This document shows, piece after piece, positions 1-16,858 of a stretch of DNA of 64,000 bases. Every line of letters begins with the position of its first letter. The stretch's first letter is position 1. This DNA comes from Antechinus flavipes (Eukaryota): contig NC_067400.1 in the NCBI RefSeq assembly GCF_016432865.1, forward strand, positions 567,734,001-567,798,000, in the 5' to 3' direction. A model generated the notes under the pieces. The model worked only from the letters and a program-made list of their open reading frames with translations, was not told the origin of the DNA and did not search any database. The position numbers and the translations under genes are program-made.

Positions 1-702
1 GAAAGACTTTGGGATATTTCTAAAAATATTAACCATGCTTTGTCCTGTCTTAAGGGAAGGCAACAGGGAATGATGCATGAGTTCTTAACCTTTTGTTGTG
101 TCATGGACCCCTATAAATCCCTTCTGGAAAAAAAAAAATTATAATTGAGGGAAATGCTAAATTTCAGTTATGTTAGTGAAAATAAGGGTGTGGTTTTTTC
201 CATCTAAATTTATGGACCCATTGAAATCTATCTGGACTCCAAGTTAATTAAGCATCTTCTGATAAATCAGTAATAACACTGAATTAAATGTCAGATGAGA
301 CATATTTTGTCTCTGATCCTTATTTGGAATACAATAAGCAAGTCAGGAACGTAAAAATGAGATTTTTGAGCTGGAAATTACTTTAGAAGTAATCTACCCC
401 AACCTCATGATTTTCCAGATGAGGAAGCCAAAGCTTGAGACATTGAGACCTGTGTTCAGACAGATCTATGCCTCTATTCACCTTCAACTCTATTTTTATT
501 CCTCTAAAAAGGCAATGCTAATTTTCAGACACTGGCGAGTTCTTCATTGAAGGGATTCCGCCAGAGGCTGAATGACCACTTCTGGGGTATAATTGAATAG
601 TATTTCCTTTGAGACTGGACGGCCACAAGACAGGGTGCAGCAGGCCTTAGTGGTGAGGACCCCTAGACCCAGGAGCAACTGTAACCATGTCAGCCATCCT
701 TT

Positions 703-704
<2 letters not shown>

Positions 705-737
<33 letters not shown>

Positions 738-1335
738 TTTGTTTGTTTTTAAAAAAATTTTTATTGATAGAATGCATGCCAGGGTAATTTTTTACAACAT
801 TATCCCTTGCATTCATTTCTGTTCCGATTTTTCCCCTCCCTCCCTCCACACCCTCCCTCAGATGGCAAGAGTCCTTTACATGTTGAATGGGTTGCAGTAT
901 ATCCTAGATACAATATATGTGTGCAGAACCAAACAGTTTTCTTGTTGCACAGGGAGAATTGAATTCAGAAGGTATAAATAACCCGGGAGGAAAAACATAA
1001 ATGCAAGCAGTTTATATTCATTTCCAGTGTTCTTTCTCTGGGTGTAGCTGCTTCTGCCCATCTTTGATCAATTAAGGCTCTCTTTATCAAAGAGATCCAC
1101 TTCCATCAGAATACATCCTCAAACAGTATCATTGTTGAGGTATATAATGATCTCCTGGATCTGCTCATTTCATCATCAGTTCATGTAAGTCTCGCCAGTC
1201 CTCTCTGTATTCATCCTGCTGGTTGTTCCTTACAGAACAATAATATTCCATAACGTTCATATACCACAATTTACTCAACCATTCTCCAATTGATGGACAT
1301 CCTTTCATTTTCCAGCTTCTAGCCACTACAAACAG
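705..1335 (-). mobile_element. 5'-truncated young LINE-1 3' end with (TTTA)n tail and 16-bp TSD
   Basis: The minus strand encodes the L1 ORF2 C-terminus (GCPSIGEWLSKLWYMNVMEYYCSVRN). The A-rich tail reads (TTTA)n at about 705-740. GTCAGCCATCCTTTTT is repeated exactly at 689-704 and 1336-1351, with a TT/AAAA endonuclease site on the minus strand. Confidence 0.9.
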
Positions 1336-1929
1336 GTCAGCCATCCTTTTTAAAAGGAGAGGAGCTGTTTCTGTACCCTTATACACCTGGATTCATCCTA
1401 TAAAGGCTGGTTCAATGTTTCTAATCCCAATGAAGTAGCCACTTTGCCTTTTATACTAGAAAAATTTTATCTGTGACAACTCATTGGACAGAAAAGAGAG
1501 CAACCTAAGAGCAGTGGTCTCCACAATTCAAGGTGCTGCACAAGGCCATGCTCTATAAGGGAAAAGAAATGCATTGATCATAATCTCTAAGCCATTTGGG
1601 ATTTCAATGCAACCTCGTCATTGTATAGAGAAGAAACCAGGCTCAGAGTAAGTTGTATCCTTACCCAGTACCATATAGTGACTAAGTGAAAAAAGCTAGA
1701 ATTTGAACTCAGATCTCTTTCCAGCCTGGGTTACCTAAATTCTATTCCTAATTAGCTTTTTTCCTGGTATTAAGCAGAGGTTCTTAACATATTTGCCTTT
1801 GGTGTTGATTGTAGTGAGAGGTTATGTGCAGAGTATGATAATTTTAGCAGGTTGCACCTGCAAGATAGTCCTAGACCCCTTTCATGATATGAAAGTAATA
1901 GAACGAATACTTTCTTATTACTATTAAAG

Positions 1930-3112
1930 CTTTTTATTTTCAAAACATGAATAGATGATTTTCAGCATTCACCTTTGCAAAAACCTTGTGTTCCAAATTT
2001 TTTCCCCTCCCCAGCTGGCAAATAATTCAATATATGTTAAACCTGTACAATTCTTCTATACACACTTGCACAATTATCCTGCTGCACAAGAAAAAAATCA
2101 GATCAAAAAGGGAAAAAATGAGAAAGAAAACAAAATGCAAATAACAAAGAGTGTGAAAATGCTATGTTGTGATCCATACTCAGTCACCACAGTCCTCTCT
2201 CTGGGGGCAGATGGTTCTGATCACAAGACCATTGGAATTGGCCTGAATCACCTCATTGTTGAAAAGAGCCGCGTCTATTAGAATTGATCATTATATAATC
2301 CTTCTATTTCTGTGTATAAGGATCTCCTGGTTCTACTCACTTCACTTAGCATCAGTTCATGTAAGTCTCTCCAGGCCTCTCTGAAATCATCCTGATGGTC
2401 ATTTCTTACAGAACAATAATATTCCATAATATTCATATACCACAATTTATTCAGCCACTCTCCAATTGATGGGCATCCCACTCAGTTTCCAGTTTCTTGC
2501 CACTACAAAGAAGGCTGCCACAAACATTTTTGCACACGTGGATCCCTTTCCTTCCTTTAAGATCTCTTTGGGATATAAGCTCAGTAGTAGCACTGCTGGA
2601 TCAAAGGGTATGCACAGTTTGTTAACCCTTTGACCATAGTTCCAAATCGCTCTCTAGAATGGTTGGATCCATTCACAATTCCACCAACAGTGTATTAGTG
2701 TCCCAGTTTTCCCACCTCCCCTCCAACATTGGTCACTATCTTTTCCTGTCATCTTAGTCAATCTGAGAGATGTGTAGTGGTATTTCAGAGTTGTCTTCAT
2801 TTGCATTTCTCTGATCAATAGTGACTTGGAGCACCTTTTCATATGACTAGAAATCGTTTTAATTCATCTGAAAATTGTTCATATCTGACCAATATCAATA
2901 GAATGGTTTGAATTCTTATAAATTTGAGTTAATTCTCTATATCTTTTAGAAATGAGGCCTTGATCAGAACCTTTGAATATAAATTTTTTTCCCAGTTTAT
3001 TGCTTCCCTTCTAATCTTGTTTGGTTTTGTTTGTACAAAAAACTTATTAATATAATCAAAATTATCTGTTTTGTATTCCATAATGTACTCCAGTTCTTTG
3101 GCCACAAATTCC
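1930..3112 (-). mobile_element. LINE-1 3' portion (ORF2 C-terminus and 3' UTR), degraded
   Basis: Minus-strand ORFs 2278-2481 (GCPSIGEWLNKLWYMNIMEYY) and 2654-2842 (MKRCSKSLLIREMQMKTTLKYH...GKTGTLIHCWW) are typical L1 ORF2 C-terminal peptides. Boundaries are approximate. Confidence 0.85.
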
Positions 3113-3664
3113 TAAGGCATTGAGTTGAATGGGAAAGGGAATTAGTCACTATAGCAACTGTATACTGCTAGAGGGATATTTATTACATTTTTTTTTGCAC
3201 TCTTGAAGTCTTAGTAATCTGTGGCAAAGTTCCACTTGCCCCATTCTGTTTACAATTTGAGGGTTGGAATCTCATCTCTGGAAAGAACAAAAGTATGTTC
3301 AACTTATGCCATTCTAGAAACTGATAGGATTCCAGTGCTGTGGCAAGAGCCTTCCCTGGGGTTGCAGTAAGCTTATTGTATGACACTTAGTGTAATTCAG
3401 TTATCCCCTCTACCCAGTGGGAAGCACTTTTTTTGGTCAAGTTAAAAAAAAATTGCACTATACAGGCTTAAAGGATCCTTCCAACGTACTCATTTTCTGC
3501 TGGACTCCAATTGATTTAACACAGAACTTCCTTTTTCCACCCATGAAAGTTTGAAGTGTGGGGTCAGAATCCTGACCTCAAGGAAAAAATATCCCTTCCA
3601 CTGGGGACAGGGTACTTTCCGGATCTGAGGGGAGCTTGTTTCAAATGAGCTTGTTTTAAATCAC

Positions 3665-3760
3665 AGTTCTGTCATTAGCTGTGTCACCTTGGACAAGTCA
3701 TTTCCACTCTCCCCTCCACCAGTTTCCATTTTCTCCCCTATAAAATGGGCATTGGGCTAG
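3665..3760 (+). mobile_element. MIR-type SINE fragment
   Basis: MIR core-like GCTGTGTCACCTTGGACAAGTCA...CAGTTTCC...TATAAAATGGG. Confidence 0.55.
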
Positions 3761-3837
3761 AGGAACTCATCTCGAACAATCCAAAAATGTATGAGAGGTT
3801 TAGTGTCAATATGAGAAATGGTGTTCTTTTTCTTCTT

Positions 3838-3905
3838 TAAAATATAAAATATATAAAAAAAAATATAAAATATATAATAAAATAAATAAAAATATAAAAT
3901 AATAA
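3838..3905. repeat. AT-rich low-complexity tract
   Basis: Degenerate (AAATAT/AAAT)n run. Confidence 0.8.
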
Positions 3906-4604
3906 GATGATGGTTCTCTCTGGGAGAGAGAAAGGGTTGGTTTCTCGGGGAGGTTTTCTGGAGGTAGCCTTAGTATCAGTTCAGATCAATAATTATCCCA
4001 AAGGCAGCCAGCTGCTAAAAATGCAAATGTTTATTTCTCCTTCCAGGTCTTGTCTCTTTCCTTGGGCCCGAAGAGCTAGATTCTTAGAGGCCCATCTTTC
4101 TGCTTGGTTCTGAGAGCTCCTGCAGCTTCGTCCTTTGCCTCTGCTCCCTTCAGCCTCCAGTGCCAGCACCAAGTTGAATCTGTCTCTCTTGCTTCCGAAG
4201 TAATTCTCTCCTGGCTCTGGCTCTAGCTCAACTCCGAGCCGTGGCTTCTTCTGCTCTCCTCTCCATGTAATTTGGCTGAATGCTGTCTGAGAGCCTCTGT
4301 CTGTATCTTATATATGAGAGAGAGGAATTGTGGGATATGAGAGAGAGGGATTATGGGTTTTCTCCCAGAGTGCTCTCTGGCCCTAAGAGCTTCAAGGGAG
4401 GTGTGAATTCACAAAGTTACACAGTTAACTTTGTGACTCTCCCATATTTGTGAACTCCAGTGAGGAAAGGTGTGAACACAAGCATTGTATCAATTAGTTC
4501 TACTTAGTACCTTGTTTCAGGTTCTGGCCCAAAACATCTTCTTGTAAGATCAGATCAATAATCTATCAGCTCTAATGCGTTAGCAGTTTGTAAAGATTCC
4601 AACA
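3903..4604 (-). mobile_element. solo LTR of an endogenous retrovirus-like family
   Basis: The minus strand starts TGTTGGAATCTTTAC and carries TATATAAG and AATAAA in LTR order. Its 3' half is clearly homologous to 47330-47506 (GGCAGAGGCAAA...GAGCTCT..GAACCAA...GGCCTCTAAGAA...TGGAAGGAGA.AATAAA...CCCAGAGA). Confidence 0.7.
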
Positions 4605-5544
4605 GAGAACCAGGCAGGAAACAGTGGTAATCATGAAGCTTCTGAGCATGGTATCGAACAACATGATGTTGTAGAAGGACACCTCTGCCTTTGGGCATGA
4701 GGGAATGTGAGTCTGAGTTCCAGTTCTGTTACTAGTAGTATTTTTTTGTTGTTGAGCAAGTCATTCCCTTTGTCATCCACACAGTGAAGAGGTTACACAG
4801 TACCTAACCCTCCATCTTAAGGTCCTGGGTTTATTCACATGCTGGCAACTAGCCAGCCCTTCCTCTCCCTCCTTCCCGTTCTTCAAGGGGTTTTTAGGGC
4901 TCAAATGATTTAATCCTTTGCAATTGATTCCTGCTGCTTGCTCTCTTTAGGGCATGGAAAAGGACTGAACAGCCTTAGGTACAAAAGGCTTTTTGGATTC
5001 TCTTCTTGTTCCACTTCTGCACCAAAAAAAAAAAAAAAAATCTTATTTGCTTATAGTTTACTATCAGTATCCATGTTTATAGTTTACATAGGTCTGTGAG
5101 GTCATTTTTACCTTCATTTCTCTCAGAAATGTCTCTTCTCTCCATTCAGAGCCACAACCTTCGTTCAATCCCTTATCACCTTTTACTTCCTCTAATTTTT
5201 TTTCTTTTTTTGCCTCGACTGTTTTGATGGCCTTATTAGTCTTCAAATTAGCCTCAAATCTCTCTTTTGATCCATTCTTCTCGTAGCTGCCAAAGTGATT
5301 TTCCTAAAGGTACAAAATCGGTCTCCTGATACATTTTACTCTTCTGCATTCTCCAATGCAGCTTCCTTCAACTCCTTGGAGTTGCTTCCACACAACATTC
5401 TCCCTCTTGTCTCCATGCGCTAGCACTGACTCTCCGCCACATCTGAAATGCTCTTGCTCTCGCTCAGGAAGACTTCATGGAAGAGGTAACCCTTGAGTTG
5501 GATTTTGAAGGAAGACAAGATTCTGAGAGATACAAGTGAAAAGG

Positions 5545-5915
5545 GATGTTATTTTATAATAGCTTTTTATTTTTTCATTTTCAAATAGCTTTTTTTATTT
5601 TCAAAATACATGTAGCATTTCCAACATTGACCCTAGCAAAACCTTGTTCCCAGTTTTTCTCCTCCCCTCTTTCCTTCCCTCTCCCCTAGATAGGGGAGAC
5701 TAGAAATTTTAAATAGGTTAAAAATGTGCGTTTTTTTCTATACATATTTCCACATTTATCATGTAGCTTTTTAAAAAATACATGCAAAGATTTCAACATT
5801 CACCTTTGCAAGACTTTGTGTTCCAAATTTTTCTCCCTCTCCTCCCCCCTCCCTATTCCCTAAAATAGCAAGTAATCCAATATAGATTAAACATGTGCAG
5901 TTCTTCCAAACATAA
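5545..5915 (-). mobile_element. two adjacent old L1 3'-tail remnants
   Basis: Both segments (about 5545-5760 and 5765-5915) resemble the L1 tail at 1930-2080 (TAGCTTTTT...CAAAA..CATG...TTCACCTTTGCAA..C.TTGTGTTCCAAATTTTT). Confidence 0.6.
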
Positions 5916-6639
5916 TTGAGGGATTTTATTTTAGGAAAGGGGAGCAGTGGGAACTGGCTCTGTGACTGTGAACAAGTTCCTTGAGCTGTAAATGTTCTGG
6001 GCAACTCCAGATGCCCATAGTTTGCAGGGAGAGGTGCTGATCTGCATTGGTAGAGGGCATTTATTCACCTGGAAGTTCCATATGTTTCTGGAATCACAGG
6101 GCTAGTCCCTATCCTATGTGCTAGCCCTGTGCTAAGTAATGAAGCTACCAATACAAAAATGAGCAGGAGCTGACATCTGGCCATAGAGGCATAAAATACA
6201 GATATCCATAAGTAAATACAAAATTACTGAGAGGGTGGGGTACCACCGACAACTGGGAGAAATGGAAAAGGCCTTTTATTGAAAGAACTTGGATAGCCAC
6301 GCCAACAAAATCTTAGGTCTTTGAAGTCACCACCATGTCTCATGGGCACTGGGTGAATGAATAACCACATCTACATCATGAGCTAAGCCTCCATGCATCA
6401 CGTGGTTAATACAAAGACAAAAATGAAAGGAAAAACCAAAAAACCCTTCCCCAAAGCAGCCTAATATAGCACCTGGCGTAGAGTACTTAATAAATACTTG
6501 TTGGTTGGGTAATGTAGCAAATACTTATTAAGTACTGTTGACTTAACAGCAATCTTCTTTTTCTGTACTACTATAGAACAACATATGAATTAGGACAGGG
6601 ATTATTAAGTCTTGTTTGCAAAAAAGCTATAAAAATGTA

Positions 6640-7205
6640 CAAAAATATTTATTCTTGAAATGGCAAAGAATTGGAATCTGAAAAGTTAGATGCCCATTCA
6701 TTGGGAAATGACTGGACAAGTTATGGCATAGTAATACAATAATAGATTACTATTGCATTTTGGTGTAAGAAATCATGAAGGGAATGATTTTAGAAAGAAC
6801 CTGAGAAAATTTATGAATTGATACACAATAAAGTGAACAGCACCAGGAAAACAAATTATACAATATTTAATAGTATTGTAAAGATAAACAGTTTTGTAAA
6901 CCTTGAGTATTCTAATCAGCATAATGACTCACTATGACTTCAGAGGAAGAATAATGAAAAATACTACCCACTTCCTAAAAAAAGAGTTAGACTTAAGGTG
7001 ATGATTTTCTTTTAGACATTGCCAAATGCAGAAATTTGCTTTGCTTGAGTAAATGGTTTTGTTTTTCTTTCATTTTTTCCCCTTTCATTCTTAATTTGGG
7101 GAGAGAAGATGGGAGAAAGGGAAAACAGATTTTTGCTTGAAAAAAAAAGTAATTTAAAAAAACGTATATGATGCAAAAATAAAAATGATCAGAATGTACT
7201 TTAAA
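6640..7205 (+). mobile_element. old LINE-1 3' end
   Basis: Decayed ORF2 C-terminal coding (GCAAAGAATTGGAA...GATGCCCATTCATTGGGAAATGACTGGACAAGTTATGG, equivalent to AKNW..GCP.IGEWL.KLW) followed by an A-rich tail. Confidence 0.7.
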
Positions 7206-7591
7206 ATAAAATAGCCATCTACAATTAGTGACTTCACTACTTTCTTCCTTAATACCCACCATATTGCTTCTCTCCTAATCACCCAAACTACTGTTTCCAA
7301 ATTGCCAAATCTAATGACTTCTGAATCCTTATTCTTGACTTCTCTGCCATATGATAGTTAAACATCGTCTCCTCCTTGGCACTCTTGGTACTGATCTCTG
7401 CCAGTTATTGCACCTACCCATTTAACTACTCCTTTTAAGTATTCTTTGCTAATTTCTTGTCAAAGCCAAGCCCAAACTAAAAGTCCTGAGCCCTCTTTTT
7501 TTCCTAACCTCATCTGCCCCATGCAATTAACCCCCCCCCCCCCATCCACATGTCTCTTCTGCACCAGTTTTACATCAGAAATTGCCTTCTA

Positions 7592-7987
7592 CGGAGCCTT
7601 CGAGCCTGCACGAGCTGGGACTGAACAGAACTGCACTCCCTTGCATCCCAGGGGCTCCTGGTGCGGTCTAGCTACTGCTCTGCCTGCCCACCCCGAGGCT
7701 GTGCGGGCCTTCTCTCTTTCCCTCCCCACTGGCTTCTCTTTCACTGCCTCTAAGGTTTTTAATAGATTTTTAACAATAAAGTCTGTGTGCTTGCCATCTG
7801 GGGGAGGGGGGAAATCGGAACAGAAGTGAGTGCAAGGGATAATGCTGTAAAAAATTACCCTGGCATGGGTTCTGTCAATAAAAAGTTATTAAAAAAATAA
7901 TAAAATGTTTTATATCTAAAAACAAACAAACAAACAATAAAGTCTGTGTCTATGCTATGGCTCCAAAAAAAAAAAAAAAAAAAAAAG
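7592..7987 (+). pseudogene. polyadenylated retrocopy (3' fragment of an unidentified transcript) interrupted by an L1 tail
   Basis: Removing the 7789-7932 insert plus one TSD copy leaves AATAAA followed 23 nt later by A22 (7965-7986). GCCTTCTA flanks the element at 7584-7591 and 7988-7995 (possible TSD). The body is CpG-rich. Confidence 0.6.
7789..7932 (+). mobile_element. 144-bp 5'-truncated L1 tail with 17-bp TSD
   Basis: Matches the reverse complement of the L1 end at about 740-870 (AAATCGGAACAGAAGTGAGTGCAAGGGATAATG.TGTAAAAAATTACCCTGGCATG). AACAATAAAGTCTGTGT is repeated exactly at 7772-7788 and 7933-7949. Confidence 0.88.
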
Positions 7988-8524
7988 GCCTTCTAGGAAT
8001 TGCAAAGGGTCCAAACTTGCGCTCCTGGGCTTTCCGCTTAAATGCCCCCTCACCTACACTTCTCTGTGCCCGCCAGCTCACCAGTCCCGGGGGCCGCATA
8101 TCCGATCCCTTGCCGACTCTGGCCGTTTCTATCCCCCCACGTGGGGCCCTCTGCCGTTTCCAGGCAGCCCCCAGCACTCGGTGCGGTTTGTTCTCCCTTC
8201 CTCCAGCTTCCATCCCCTCCCACCACGCTATGTCACCGCCCAAGTCCAGGGGTCCCAGTTACCGCCTTTAGGGTCATCAGCCCCGCTCCTCTCTTGGCTG
8301 CCCCCATAGCTCTAGGGCGTTCTGCCTTCCAGCCATTGTCCTTCCTCTTCGCCCCAGAATCCCTGGCCTCCCTGAGGCTATTGCTGATCCTCCTGTTCCC
8401 AAAGCCTCCCCTAGGAATAAAATTCCCCGTGGAGACGTGTATACATGTGGAGGTTGCTGGGCTTGGGGGGGAAGGGGGAGGAAGAGAGGGTGTTCGTTTT
8501 TATTAGCGGGAGCCATATTGTTGG

Positions 8525-8720
8525 CCGCTGGGTGGCAGGCTAGAGATAGGAAGATGGGAGTTCAAATTCGGCCCCAGATGCTTACTAGCTGCGTGACTCT
8601 TGGAAGGCACTTGGCCAGTTTCCTCAGCTGGAAAACGAGTGATGATGCAGCAGCTGTATTCCAGGGCTGTTGTGCTTTGCACAGTGCCGAGCAGATAGTA
8701 GGTCTTAATAAGTGCTTGTT
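8525..8720 (+). mobile_element. MIR-type SINE
   Basis: GGAAGATGGGAGTTCAAATTCGGCCCCAGATGCTTACTAGCTGCGTGACTCTTGG...CAGTTTCCTCAGCTGGAAAA. Confidence 0.65.
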
Positions 8721-9094
8721 TACTTCCAAATTGTCAGGGTCAAAAACAGGGTCGGGATCTTTTTGGAATTATTGAATGTTGAAGGGTTGTAATTTTTTTA
8801 AAAATAAACTTTGTCTTGTTTTACTTCACTTACATTCTACAGATACATAGGGGAAGCCTATCGGGCGGGGCTTAACGCTTCATGTGTTCATGCTCTCTTT
8901 TTCATTATAATTCAAGCCCCTTGAGGGAAAAAAAGTGTTCCGTTTCTGCCTTTCAGCTCCCGGCACGGTGTGTGACAAACACAGCCGACTCTTAATAGAT
9001 GCTTGTAGGTCTACTAGTTAGATCCTGCGGTTTCTAGGGACTTATTTGCTCGGTCCCCCTCCGACAGGGAGAGCAAAAACGCTCAGCCCCGCTG

Positions 9095-10100
9095 CATCCT
9101 GGGATTGGTTCTCAATCCTTACCGAGACGCATGTCGGGACATGTAGTCTCCATCTCTTTCCTCCTCCTACTTCATTCGTGACCAGCTTCCCCTCTGCAGA
9201 AGCAACCACCACCTCACCCTTCCCGACAGGCCTAGCGAGGCCTCCGGCCTTTGATTGGTTAGGACTGGGGAGGGGGCGGGCGTTTCCATCAGCAGCCGTT
9301 GCTCGATGTTTCCGGTGTGAGGCCTGAGCCGGTATCCCTACGCTGCGAGTCTTGTTTGGGGGAGGGGGGAGGGAATCGGCATTAGAGGAAGAAGGGAGAT
9401 CGGCTGAGGCGGCGGTGGGAGAAGAGAGTGGGGACACGGCAGGATCGCAGCCTGTCTGACTCAGGCCCGGGAGGGGCGCGCGGTATGGAGCGCGTGAACG
9501 CGGGAAGAGGAGGGAGAAATATCGGGCCTTGGCTGGAGAAAGGGGGAGCCATGAGCGAGGGCGCTTAGCGCGCTTGCGCGAGCATCCCGAGGGGCGCGAG
9601 GCCGTGTGGGGCGGAGCCCACGTGGGATGTGGGGCTGGGGTCTCCCGGAGTCGTGCCCCTCCCCCGACCGCCCTGGAAGGCGGGGACTGAGCGTGCCTGA
9701 GCTACGTGCGAGGGGGGAAACCCCAGGACTGGACGGACCTTAGTTGAGTACTAGGCCCAGGCTACGGGGCAGGAGGACACGTCCGGCCTCACACTCGAGC
9801 AGTCCCGCCAATCTGCCGACTTAGACCGTCCGAGCACGCTCGCCCCGCGCCGGGCCCCGCTCTCCGGGGCACGACTTGGGGGTCGCGTCCCCGGGTGCTC
9901 GCGCCCCGCCTCCATCCCCGGGTAGGCCCGAGTCTGGAGGCATCCCTCCAGGGGTGGGCTTGGAGCTCCTCGGAGATGCTTCCGGGCTGGGGGAAGTTTG
10001 GCTTCAGAAATTCGGCGCTGAGCTTGGTGCTGGGGGCAGTGGCTGGCCAGAAGCCCTAAGCCGGCTGTGTTTGTGTTTTTGGAAGGTTAGGTCCGACTCC
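9095..10100 (+). promoter_or_regulatory. TXLNA CpG-island promoter and 5' non-coding region
   Basis: Dense CpG. ZNF143-type ACTAYRNNNCCCR motif (ACTACATGTCCCG, minus strand 9135-9147), two inverted CCAAT boxes (ATTGG near 9104 and 9255) and a GC box near 9274. The non-coding exon boundaries are not resolved. Confidence 0.7.
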
Positions 10101-10103
10101 GTG

Positions 10104-16858
<6,755 letters not shown>

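Noticed and set aside
5064-5246. K/E-rich 60-aa minus-strand ORF
   Set aside because: No recognisable homology or splice context; driven by T-rich sequence.
1-9000. KPNA6 coding exons expected upstream by synteny
   Set aside because: No importin-alpha peptide is recognisable; the region is mostly L1, LTR and SINE remnants.
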